Assembly (NCBI GenBank): GCA_965662335.1
Contig: CBFIGQ010000047.1
Coordinates: 13,131 to 77,130, forward strand
Reading direction: 5' to 3'
Length of the DNA: 64,000 nt
From: Minisyncoccia bacterium
Lineage (GTDB): Bacteria > Patescibacteriota > Minisyncoccia > Phycocordibacterales > UBA9973
Shown here: in pieces, positions 30,342-39,338 of the stretch
How positions within the stretch are numbered: position 1 is the stretch's first letter
Layout: each line of letters opens with the position of its first letter
Translations under genes and position numbers: made by a program
Notes under the pieces: model-generated
What the model was told of the DNA's origin: nothing
What the model saw: only the letters and a program-made list of their open reading frames with translations
Database searches by the model: none

Positions 30342-31685
30342 ATGATACAACGAAGAATTATTGCAGGAATTATTATTTTAGTGGGAGCAGGGCTTGGATT
30401 TTTGCTCTTTCGATCTATTACTCCAGGGCACACTGATCCAGTAGCAAGGCATCCATTTCACCTCGGGCTCGATCTCTCAGGTGGAAGTTATCTCCTTTAC
30501 AAGGCAGATGTGAGCAAGGTACCAAGTGCCGAGGTAAATCAATCAATGGATGCGCTTCGCGATGTGATCGAGCGCCGTATCAATGCGTTTGGTGTAGCAG
30601 AGCCGGTTATACAAGTGCAGACGAGCACGCTCGGTGGTGAGAAAGAAGAACGGCTCTCTGTTGAGCTTCCAGGAGTGACTGACATTGAGGCTGCGATACA
30701 GACTATTGGACAGACACCGTTTCTGGAGTTCAAAGTGCAAGGTGACCCAACACTTGGTGCAGGCAATGTTGATGCAAATGGTACTCTCAACCTCAATGAA
30801 TCAGATTCATTCATCCCAACAGGGCTCGATGGAAAATATCTAAAACACGCTCAGGTTACCTTCGCCCCAAATACTGGCACGCCAGAAGTATCACTTCAGT
30901 TTAACGATGAAGGTGCAAAACTCTTTGAGAAAATCACTGGAGAAAATGTTGGCAAAGTCATAGCTATCTATCTCGATGGTTCTATTATTTCAGCTCCTGT
31001 GGTTCGCGAAGCTATCTCTGGTGGCACAGCCCAGATCACAGGTACGTTCACTCCAGAAGAAGCAAAGACCCTCGCAGGGCGTCTCAACTCTGGCGCGCTT
31101 CCTGTACCTATCTCGCTCATCTCGACCCAAACAGTCGGAGCAACGCTCGGGGCTGAAGCAATACACGCGGGTGTGCGTGCTGCCATGATAGGATTTATCA
31201 TCATTGCACTGTTTTTGATGCTCTGGTACCGACTTCCTGGAGTAGTGGCAGTGCTTGCGCTCTCACTGTACGTGATTATTACACTCCTCTTGTATAAATT
31301 CATCCCTGTCACTATCACCGCTGCAGGTATTGCTGGATTTATCATTTCTATTGGTATGGCGGTTGACGCAAATATCCTTATTTTTGAACGGTTTCGTGAG
31401 GAGCGAGCGCGAGGTAAATCAACAACTGATGCACTCACCCTAGGCTTTGAGCGTGCATGGCTCTCTATTCGAGATGCAAATACTGCAAGTATTATCATCT
31501 CTATCATTTTGTTCTGGTTTGGGACTTCACTCATCAAAGGATTTGCGCTTACGTTTGGACTCGGAGTACTTGTATCACTTCTCTCTGCGATATCGATAAC
31601 AAAACTCTTTTTGCAGTCACTGCCAACCCTTTCACACACCAAAGTCGGACGGTTCTTGTTTAGTAGCGGATTTAGCACCAAATAA
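30342..31685 (+). CDS. secD: Protein translocase subunit SecD
   Basis: LGLDLSGG, RINAFGVAEP, SGALP, IGMAVDANILIFER, KGFA. Confidence 0.98.
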   Translation: MIQRRIIAGIIILVGAGLGFLLFRSITPGHTDPVARHPFHLGLDLSGGSYLLYKADVSKVPSAEVNQSMDALRDVIERRINAFGVAEPVIQVQTSTLGGEKEERLSVELPGVTDIEAAIQTIGQTPFLEFKVQGDPTLGAGNVDANGTLNLNESDSFIPTGLDGKYLKHAQVTFAPNTGTPEVSLQFNDEGAKLFEKITGENVGKVIAIYLDGSIISAPVVREAISGGTAQITGTFTPEEAKTLAGRLNSGALPVPISLISTQTVGATLGAEAIHAGVRAAMIGFIIIALFLMLWYRLPGVVAVLALSLYVIITLLLYKFIPVTITAAGIAGFIISIGMAVDANILIFERFREERARGKSTTDALTLGFERAWLSIRDANTASIIISIILFWFGTSLIKGFALTFGLGVLVSLLSAISITKLFLQSLPTLSHTKVGRFLFSSGFSTK

Positions 31686-31686
31686 T

Positions 31687-32577
31687 ATGTTTGTCATCAC
31701 GTATAAAAAATTCTTTATCAGTCTCTCAGCACTTTTTGTGCTCCTTTCTATTGTTTCGGTTGCAGTATTTGGACTTCCACTGGGCATAGATTTTAAAGGA
31801 GGATCACAAATTCAGGTTTCCTATACTGGTGAGCGCCCAATGACTGCATCCATAGTAGAAGAAGTAGGTAGTGCTGGAATAGCTGATGCAGTTGTACAAC
31901 CAACAGGTGATAAGGGTGTGATTATCAAGACCCATACACTCACTGAGGCAGAGAAAAATGAAGTTATTGCAGCGCTTGGTAGCAATACACAGGTAAAAGA
32001 AGAAGGCTTCACCACTATTGGACCATCTGTAGGTGCGGAGCTTAAACACAAGGCTGTTTTATCAGTCATTCTCGTGCTTATTGCAATCATTTTGTTTGTA
32101 GCGTACGCATTTCGCAAGGTTTCTCGTCCAGTATCATCTTGGAAATATGGTTTTGCGGTGATTATTGCGCTTGTTCACGACATCGCGATTCCGCTTGGAG
32201 CATTTGCGCTCCTCGGACACTTTTATGGGGCAGAACTCGACACGCTCTTTGTGGTAGCGCTTCTTACCACACTCGCGCTCTCTATTGCTGATACTATAGT
32301 TGTGTTTGACCGTATTCGTGAACACCTCGGCAGTAGCCGCGGCAGCGTGCCATTTCCACAGCTTGTGGGTGAGTCGCTCAGTGAGACATTTGTCCGCTCT
32401 ATCAACACCTCACTCATGGTGCTCGTCATGGTGGTAACACTTGCCATCGTAGGTCCCAAGAGTACACAACTCTTTGCTATAGTACTTGCAATAGGTATGT
32501 TTTTTGGAACATACTCCTCTATCTTCCTTGCAAGCCCGCTCCTCGTACTTTTTGCCCAGCAACAAAAGAAAAAGTAA
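31687..32577 (+). CDS. secF: Protein translocase subunit SecF
   Basis: GIDFKGG, IGPSVG.EL, HD, DTIVVFDRIRE, RSINTS, GTYSSIF. Confidence 0.98.
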   Translation: MFVITYKKFFISLSALFVLLSIVSVAVFGLPLGIDFKGGSQIQVSYTGERPMTASIVEEVGSAGIADAVVQPTGDKGVIIKTHTLTEAEKNEVIAALGSNTQVKEEGFTTIGPSVGAELKHKAVLSVILVLIAIILFVAYAFRKVSRPVSSWKYGFAVIIALVHDIAIPLGAFALLGHFYGAELDTLFVVALLTTLALSIADTIVVFDRIREHLGSSRGSVPFPQLVGESLSETFVRSINTSLMVLVMVVTLAIVGPKSTQLFAIVLAIGMFFGTYSSIFLASPLLVLFAQQQKKK

Positions 32578-32705
32578 TCCTGCGTATTGTTCTTGACAGA
32601 ACAAGGGGTGTAGAGGTAGTGTAAGGGTGTAAATAATAAAGCCAGCTACACGTGAATAGCGGGTTTTGTTGCTTACGCATTTATCATAATAAACGAGAGA
32701 CGCGT

Positions 32706-35213
32706 ATGAAATCATTTATTTTTGGGCGAGCGACCTTCCTCAAGAAGTGTACCGGTATCGCGACTATTGCTGTATTTCTGTTTCAGTTTGCAGCGCCGCT
32801 CGCTACAACTGCCAATGCAGTTGAGCCGACCATTGCGGGAGCGTACACACTGGTCCTTGACTGTACTGGACCAACAGAAGATATAGGAGACTACTGCAAA
32901 AACCTTCACCACTCGATGACCATTACGAGTCACGATGCTACTACTGGTGCTGTTGAGGGTACAGGCAAGTCTGCATCAAATCAGGACTGGACCATTACGG
33001 GCGGTACTATTACTGCGACTGATGTAAGCTTCAGTATCAAATATGATGACACTATTGATGCGGAGCAGGCATACTATACTGTAAAGTTTTACGGAACACG
33101 AAATGAAGACGGTAGTATGCAAGGCACAGCTGAAGCTCGCAAATTTAAAGAGGCAGATGAAAATGGCGAAGGCGGTATGGATTATAGAATGTCTTTTAAT
33201 TGGCATACTGAGGGAAACCCAGACCAACCTGTCGACCATCCGTCACCAGTGCTTACGCAGTGCTCAGTAGTAAGCGATACAAAGGATTTAGTAGAAGAAT
33301 CAGGAACTCTTGCGGTAGAAGTTGCGACTACGCATCCAAATTGGGCATCTGTGCTTGGTGATGCTAAATGGATTTGGTCAAATAAGACAGTTCAACACCC
33401 TACAACTGATGAAACCCAAACTTTCAAAAAAGGATTCACTGTAGATGAAGTTACAACAGCGATGCTTCACATTGCTGCAGATAATGGCTATAAGGTAATA
33501 GTTAACGGAAAGACAGTTGTAGATAATCTTGCCCTTGAGACTGCTTATTTAGCTTCAAATAGCGCATATACAACTGGCATTGATATTTCGAGCTATATCC
33601 ATAATGGATACAATACTCTTCAGATTCTCGTAAAGAATTTTGCAATGGACGGCGGTACAACTGAAACCAATCCGGCAGGACTTATGTATAAGCTTGATCT
33701 TGCTGCAGAAAACTGTGCAAATGTTCCTTCTGGTGGCCCTGTTAACGGATCAATTACTATCTATAGCTATGTTTGTCCTGGATCTACTATCGTAAATCGT
33801 ACTGATAACGGTTATGGGAAGACTATTCCAGCAGGGTGTGTGCCTGAACCGGACGCTCGGTATGGCTATACCCAGGATATTGATGGCTACCGACCTGATA
33901 TCTACAATCCAGAAACCGATAGTTATGAACCAGACCCAGAAGGACTTGGTGGTTCACCAGACCCAGATCTTGATGGTCCATATGTAGGAAGTGCTACTGG
34001 AGATGTACAAACTCCATTCGTACTTACCAATAGTGATGGAGTGTCATACAATGACAGTCTCTCACGTCACTATCGATACACGATCGTGAAGGTTGGGGCA
34101 GATAATAAAAAACTCCCAAACTCTGCAGTGCTTGGACTCTTTTGTCAGGTAGATACCGACCCAGCTATTGATAACATGGATGTAACATATATCGAGGCAC
34201 AGCTCAATAGCGAAGGAGATCTTGTATTTAATTCAAACTGTGTCGTATACAATCGTCAAGAGCGGCCAGTAGAATCTCTAACCCCAGGCCCACAGGTGCA
34301 TGTCTATAAATACGTTCGATCTGTAAGAGATCAGTCTGAAACACTGGTTACCGAATCCCCAGCAATCGCATTTCCAATGTATTCAACATGGGAGGAGCCG
34401 GGCAAGGACGTGAAAGAGGGTTACTATAAGCTTGGCAACCACAATGGTGGTGCGCCAGATCAGTTTGGAAGCATCACCGCAAAAATGCTACCGCATTCCT
34501 GGTATACAACGTATGAGCAAACAAATGATAAGCCAGGGCATGAAGCAGGGGGAGTATTTCCTATTGGTGCAGCATGTCAAGCAGGGCCAGCATACTACCG
34601 TCTCGTTGGATACCGAGTAGGAGATAGTCTTGAAAATGCTGAAACTGCAACCCTTGTTACCAATGCGGCAACTATCAACGATCTTACAAATGACGCATAT
34701 GTTATCGTGGTAAATGAGAAGTGTAGCGATGTACTTGGACAGACAGATACCCAACAAGAGACTGCTACACAACCAGTAGTACAGCCAGAACCAAAGACTT
34801 CAGAACGCGGAGTAAGCGGATCTATCGGAACTGGTGGTCAGCAAGGTGTTGTGCTTGGTGCATCGGCAACTAGCGCTGATAACGAGAAGCTTCCTGCATC
34901 ATGTAGTGAATATCTTCACAGTTATATCAAGTATGGTGGCAATAATGACAATACTGATGTGATTCGTCTCCAGGCCTTTCTCAACAAGTACCTTGGTATT
35001 AAGCTCACAGTAAATGGTGTGTACGACAAAGAAACCTTTGAAGCACTCAAGGCATTCCAAGTAAAAGAGGCAGATCAGGTACTTGCACCATGGAAGGAAA
35101 CGAAGGGAGGTATTAATGAAAACGGTACTGGGTATGTCTATAAAACTACGAAACGATGGATAAATCTACTTAACTGCCCAACCCTTAATATTCCACTTCC
35201 AACACTTATGTAA
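32706..35213 (+). CDS. Large secreted multidomain surface protein with C-terminal peptidoglycan-binding-like domain
   Basis: Signal peptide; lectin-like beta-sandwich (AKWIW...ADNGY.V.VNG...NPAGL.Y); V..LQ.FLN...G.Y...T..A...FQ C-terminus. Confidence 0.75.
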   Translation: MKSFIFGRATFLKKCTGIATIAVFLFQFAAPLATTANAVEPTIAGAYTLVLDCTGPTEDIGDYCKNLHHSMTITSHDATTGAVEGTGKSASNQDWTITGGTITATDVSFSIKYDDTIDAEQAYYTVKFYGTRNEDGSMQGTAEARKFKEADENGEGGMDYRMSFNWHTEGNPDQPVDHPSPVLTQCSVVSDTKDLVEESGTLAVEVATTHPNWASVLGDAKWIWSNKTVQHPTTDETQTFKKGFTVDEVTTAMLHIAADNGYKVIVNGKTVVDNLALETAYLASNSAYTTGIDISSYIHNGYNTLQILVKNFAMDGGTTETNPAGLMYKLDLAAENCANVPSGGPVNGSITIYSYVCPGSTIVNRTDNGYGKTIPAGCVPEPDARYGYTQDIDGYRPDIYNPETDSYEPDPEGLGGSPDPDLDGPYVGSATGDVQTPFVLTNSDGVSYNDSLSRHYRYTIVKVGADNKKLPNSAVLGLFCQVDTDPAIDNMDVTYIEAQLNSEGDLVFNSNCVVYNRQERPVESLTPGPQVHVYKYVRSVRDQSETLVTESPAIAFPMYSTWEEPGKDVKEGYYKLGNHNGGAPDQFGSITAKMLPHSWYTTYEQTNDKPGHEAGGVFPIGAACQAGPAYYRLVGYRVGDSLENAETATLVTNAATINDLTNDAYVIVVNEKCSDVLGQTDTQQETATQPVVQPEPKTSERGVSGSIGTGGQQGVVLGASATSADNEKLPASCSEYLHSYIKYGGNNDNTDVIRLQAFLNKYLGIKLTVNGVYDKETFEALKAFQVKEADQVLAPWKETKGGINENGTGYVYKTTKRWINLLNCPTLNIPLPTLM

Positions 35214-35281
35214 TAACACTACAGACCGCCCAATGGCGGTCTGTATATTTACATTCTTTATTGGTGTAGTACAGTATAAGC

Positions 35282-36298
35282 ATGATACACAAGCGTATAG
35301 CACGGCATATTCTCGACAATGTTACGCCAACTGAGAGTAACGGGTATGTTCCACGCATTTTGAAAAGTAATGCACTATGGGCAATACTGGGAGTTGGTAC
35401 TGGGCTCTTCTTATTCTCACAAGTTCTTCATACCACTGGCTATCTCAATACAATGGCAAGTATTTATCCAGCAACACTGATTGAACTTACCAACAAAGAC
35501 CGAGCAGTACAAGAACTCCCTCCACTTGTTGCTAGCAAGGCACTTGAGGCTGCAGCAAACCTAAAGGTACATGATATGGTCAACAACAATTACTTTGCAC
35601 ACACTAGTCCAAGCGGTATATCTCCGTGGCATTGGTTTGCGCAGGCAAACTACAAGTTTCTCTACGCAGGTGAAAACCTTGCAGTAAACTTTAGTGAGTC
35701 AAGTGATGTTGAAGAGGCATGGCTCAACTCTCCACTACACCGTGCAAATGTTCTCAGCCCGAACTTTACCGAAATAGGCATTGCCACCCGCGAAGGATAC
35801 TACAACGGACAAAAAACAACCTATATCGTTGAGCTCTTTGGCGCACCAGCAAAAACAGCACAGCCAGCAATTGTGGAGACCGTTCCTGCAAAAATAAATG
35901 TATCTGATATAAAACCTGAAACAGTGCAACCAACCGTTGCTGGTGAATCAGCAGCTGCGCTTGCAGTTGTGCAATCTACTCCATCATACGAAGAAGTAAA
36001 AAATACTGACCCAACTCTTGTTGCTGTTGAATCTTCAACAACTATTAAGTTGTCTGTTCCATGGTATGAGCGTCTTATTTCTCGAGCAGATGAATATATT
36101 GCATTTATCATAGAGACAAGCCTGATTGCGCTTATTCTCGCACTGACAGGACTCGCAATGCGTGAATATGAAAAACGCCATCTAAAGCATATGGCGGGTG
36201 GAGTTGTAGTGGCAGCTGTACTTGTCGGGCTACTCTTTGTAGGGCGTATCGGGGTGTTTGCTTCAGACCAAGCACCGCTTATTGTGCAGGCAAAATAA
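35282..36298 (+). CDS. CAP (SCP) domain membrane protein
   Basis: TNKDR...L..AA..K..DM....YFAHTSP, AGENLA, WLNSPLHRANVL...FTEIG. Confidence 0.92.
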   Translation: MIHKRIARHILDNVTPTESNGYVPRILKSNALWAILGVGTGLFLFSQVLHTTGYLNTMASIYPATLIELTNKDRAVQELPPLVASKALEAAANLKVHDMVNNNYFAHTSPSGISPWHWFAQANYKFLYAGENLAVNFSESSDVEEAWLNSPLHRANVLSPNFTEIGIATREGYYNGQKTTYIVELFGAPAKTAQPAIVETVPAKINVSDIKPETVQPTVAGESAAALAVVQSTPSYEEVKNTDPTLVAVESSTTIKLSVPWYERLISRADEYIAFIIETSLIALILALTGLAMREYEKRHLKHMAGGVVVAAVLVGLLFVGRIGVFASDQAPLIVQAK

Positions 36299-36316
36299 GA
36301 AAAGGCCTCGAGGGCC

Positions 36317-36400
36317 TTATAAGAGAAGTAGAATAAGGATAACAAATACTATCCCCAGTCCTTGGACTTCTTTTTTCTGTGCGAAGAGTAGTGAATCCAT
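36317..36400 (-). CDS. 27-aa hydrophobic small peptide MDSLLFAQKKEVQGLGIVFVILILLLL
   Basis: Own TTGACA-N16-TACTAT promoter (36453-36426) and hairpin AGGCC-CTCGA-GGCCT at the stop. Confidence 0.55.
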   Translation of the reverse strand: MDSLLFAQKKEVQGLGIVFVILILLLL

Positions 36401-36480
36401 ATATCTATAGATTGTATTTACATTTATAGTACTCCACATTCACTTCTTGTCAAAGTAGGGCAAAGGGGTATACTGAAATT

Positions 36481-37029
36481 ATGACTATAATATTGATTAT
36501 TCTTGGTGTTATTATTTTGTGGTTTGTGCTTGCGTACAACGGCTTTGTCACAATGCGCAACCGCGCGCAGGAGGCATGGGCAGATATCGAAGTCCAGCTC
36601 AAACGCCGCTATGACCTCATTCCAAATCTTGTAAATACCGTAAAGGGTTACGCGGCTCACGAGTCAGGAACGTTTGAAAAGGTGACTGAGGCGCGGACTA
36701 TGGCAATGAATGCAGGTACTCCAGCAGCTCACGCACAGGCTGAGAATATGCTCTCAGGTGCGCTCAAGAGCCTCTTTGCAGTCTCTGAAGCCTACCCAGA
36801 CCTCAAAGCCAATACCAACTTCCTCGAGCTACAGCGTGAGCTCTCAGATACCGAAAACAAAATCCAAGCTGCACGACGCTTTTACAACGGCAACGTTCGC
36901 GACTACAACACGCGTCTACAAGTGTTTCCTGGAAATATTATTGCAAATGTCTTTGCATTCAAGAAGTCAGACTTCTTTGATATCGACGACAACGGCGTAG
37001 AAAGCCATCCAGTAGAGGTGAAGTTTTAA
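36481..37029 (+). CDS. lemA: LemA family protein
   Basis: WADIEVQLKRRYDLIPNLV, EAYPDLKANTNF, ENKIQAARRFYN. Confidence 0.97.
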   Translation: MTIILIILGVIILWFVLAYNGFVTMRNRAQEAWADIEVQLKRRYDLIPNLVNTVKGYAAHESGTFEKVTEARTMAMNAGTPAAHAQAENMLSGALKSLFAVSEAYPDLKANTNFLELQRELSDTENKIQAARRFYNGNVRDYNTRLQVFPGNIIANVFAFKKSDFFDIDDNGVESHPVEVKF

Positions 37030-37031
37030 GA

Positions 37032-37352
37032 ATGGTCACTCAAGAACTCATTACGTATATCAAAGTCAGCCTAGAGCGCGGCAAGACTCGCGCAGATATT
37101 GAAAAGGAGCTCTTTCTTGGAGGCGGATGGAGCGCAAAGGACCTTGATCAGGCATTTGAGGCTGTTGGTGGTCAAAACCCAAATGCAAAAGTCGCAAAAA
37201 TAAAAAAGCCTCATAAAAAAGTGAGACTTGTGTGGGTGGTTGTACTCATGCTGCTTGCAGCAGGGGTTGGCTGGTGGGTGAGAGATAGACAGCAGTTTTT
37301 CAAACTTCAAGCAACACCACTTACTAATACTATTCAATCCTATATACGATAA
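37032..37352 (+). CDS. Small CPR membrane protein (helical N-domain plus TM)
   Basis: L..YI...L.RG....I..EL...GW...D...AF motif. Confidence 0.7.
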   Translation: MVTQELITYIKVSLERGKTRADIEKELFLGGGWSAKDLDQAFEAVGGQNPNAKVAKIKKPHKKVRLVWVVVLMLLAAGVGWWVRDRQQFFKLQATPLTNTIQSYIR

Positions 37353-38246
37353 ATGGCAACTATATATACACACAAATCTGAAAATGTGGTGAAGACGTGG
37401 CTCCTGGTCGCAGTATTTCTGGCGGTGGTGATTGGTATCGGCTATTTCTTTGCGTATTACTATCAAAACCCAAGCATCCTTACGTTTGCGATAGTGTTTG
37501 CGGTGGTAATGAATATCATTTCGTACTGGAACTCAGACAAGATAGCGCTCTCTATGGCAAAGGCAGTGCCTGCAAGTGAGACGCAGTATCCAGAGCTCCA
37601 GAACGTTGTCGAAAACCTATCCATCACCGCAGGGCTTCCAAAGCCAAAGGTATATATTATCCCTGACAGCGCGCCAAATGCATTTGCGACAGGACGAAAT
37701 GCAAAGCATGCATCGGTGGCAGTCACACAAGGACTCCTCGCAATGCTCGACCGGACAGAGCTTGAAGGCGTGATCGCACACGAGCTCTCACATATCGGCA
37801 ATCGTGACATACTGCTCCAGAGTATGGTGGCAGTACTCGTTGGTTTCATTTCTATCCTTGCAGACATGTTTACACGCAGTCTCTGGTTGGGAGGACGTTC
37901 GCGAGATGATGATAGCAGGGGGAGTAATGTACTTGCCATTGTGGGCATAGTATTTATTATTCTTTCACCAATCATTGCGACGCTTATTCAGCTCGCCATT
38001 TCGCGCAAGCGTGAATACCTCGCGGACGCTTCTGGGGCACTCCTTACTCGCTATCCGCAAGGTCTCGCAAGCGCTCTTCAAAAGATCGCAAGCTACGGGG
38101 CGCCAATGAAAACCGCATCCAACGCAACGGCCCACATGTATATCTCAAATCCTTTTGGAAGGGCTGCAAAAGGTCTCTCAAGTCTCTTTATGACGCACCC
38201 ACCAGTAGAGGCTCGTATCAAGGCGCTGACAGAAATGGCCGGGTAG
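37353..38246 (+). CDS. htpX: Zinc metalloprotease HtpX (M48)
   Basis: PNAFATG, AHELSH, SRKREYLAD, THPP. Confidence 0.96.
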   Translation: MATIYTHKSENVVKTWLLVAVFLAVVIGIGYFFAYYYQNPSILTFAIVFAVVMNIISYWNSDKIALSMAKAVPASETQYPELQNVVENLSITAGLPKPKVYIIPDSAPNAFATGRNAKHASVAVTQGLLAMLDRTELEGVIAHELSHIGNRDILLQSMVAVLVGFISILADMFTRSLWLGGRSRDDDSRGSNVLAIVGIVFIILSPIIATLIQLAISRKREYLADASGALLTRYPQGLASALQKIASYGAPMKTASNATAHMYISNPFGRAAKGLSSLFMTHPPVEARIKALTEMAG

Positions 38247-38266
38247 GGTATCCTATAGGCCAATCA

Positions 38267-38353
38267 GGAGGATTCGCATAGCGGTCTAGTGCACCATCTT
38301 GGAAAGGTGGCAACGGGGCAACTCGTTCGAGGGTTCGAATCCCTCATCCTCCG
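38267..38353 (+). tRNA. tRNA-Ser(GGA), CCA not encoded
   Basis: GGAGGAT/ATCCTCC acceptor, anticodon loop TTGGAAA, long variable arm, GGTTCGAATCC T-arm. Confidence 0.95.
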
Positions 38354-38425
38354 CAAATACTTGACATTATTTCGTTTATTGATATAATACGAAAAAATTC
38401 AAAAACCACAAAATTCTTTCAAAAT

Positions 38426-39244
38426 ATGAAAAAAATTAAGGAACTATTTGGTATAAAAACCATTATTTTTTTGATTGTACTGTTACTACTTGTTTTTACG
38501 CCTACTAAGTTTTGGTATAAAAGCCATATAACTCCAACTGTTGTCTACTGGGGTCAAATACTACTGTTGGTAATATTTGGTGCAATCATTTATGCAAAAC
38601 TGATCAAAGGGGCAAAAGCCTATGCGAAGACAAAATCACATAGGATTGAAGAGGAGAAAAAATTTGTAAAAACTTTTTCTATTGTAAGCTTTTTCGGGAT
38701 CTTTGGCATAATACTTGGCTTGTGGTTTCTACTCGATAAGCCTATAATCACCGGTATTACGAGTAGTGCCACTCCTGGATCAAGTACAGCTGATTCTTCA
38801 TTTGTAAAAAATGATAGTACTGTTACAGACAATTCAGGTACTACGGAAGGTAGCACACCTGCCGCCATGGACACGCTGGATCAAACACTACAATCAAAAA
38901 ATGCAGAGCTTGCAGAAAAAACAAAGTATGAAGCAGATCTAAAAGCAAAGCTTGAGTATCTACAAAACTCAAAAGGAAAAAAGCTTCAGATATCTGTAAT
39001 AAATGCAGCACTAAAAAGTAAGGATTCTACCAATGCAATTTTGGAGAAATCTATCATTGCATTAGAAAATCAGCAGTACTGCTGTGTTGTCGTGCAGGCT
39101 CCACCGCCTGCTCCCAGAGCGGGCAGGAATAGGCCCCGCATTACCAAACCCTGTAATAAAAAAACTGGTGATAAACAAATTGCATTTCGCGGGACAACAC
39201 GAGAACAGCAACGTGCTATGAAATCCGGAAAGGGTGGTTATTGA
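38426..39244 (+). CDS. ORFan membrane protein (3 TM plus coiled coil) with own promoter and terminator
   Basis: TTGACA-N17-TATAAT right after tRNA-Ser; terminator AAGCGGAACA-G-ATGTTCCGCTT. Confidence 0.7.
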   Translation: MKKIKELFGIKTIIFLIVLLLLVFTPTKFWYKSHITPTVVYWGQILLLVIFGAIIYAKLIKGAKAYAKTKSHRIEEEKKFVKTFSIVSFFGIFGIILGLWFLLDKPIITGITSSATPGSSTADSSFVKNDSTVTDNSGTTEGSTPAAMDTLDQTLQSKNAELAEKTKYEADLKAKLEYLQNSKGKKLQISVINAALKSKDSTNAILEKSIIALENQQYCCVVVQAPPPAPRAGRNRPRITKPCNKKTGDKQIAFRGTTREQQRAMKSGKGGY

Positions 39245-39338
39245 TCTTTTATCGAAACGCAAAAAGCGGAACAGATGTTCCGCTTTTTTTAGTTTTTCTC
39301 TACAAATTTTAAAAACACAGCTATGCTACAATCCTTCC

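Noticed and set aside
38267-39290. Integrative element at tRNA-Ser
   Set aside because: No integrase and no duplicated tRNA 3' end seen downstream
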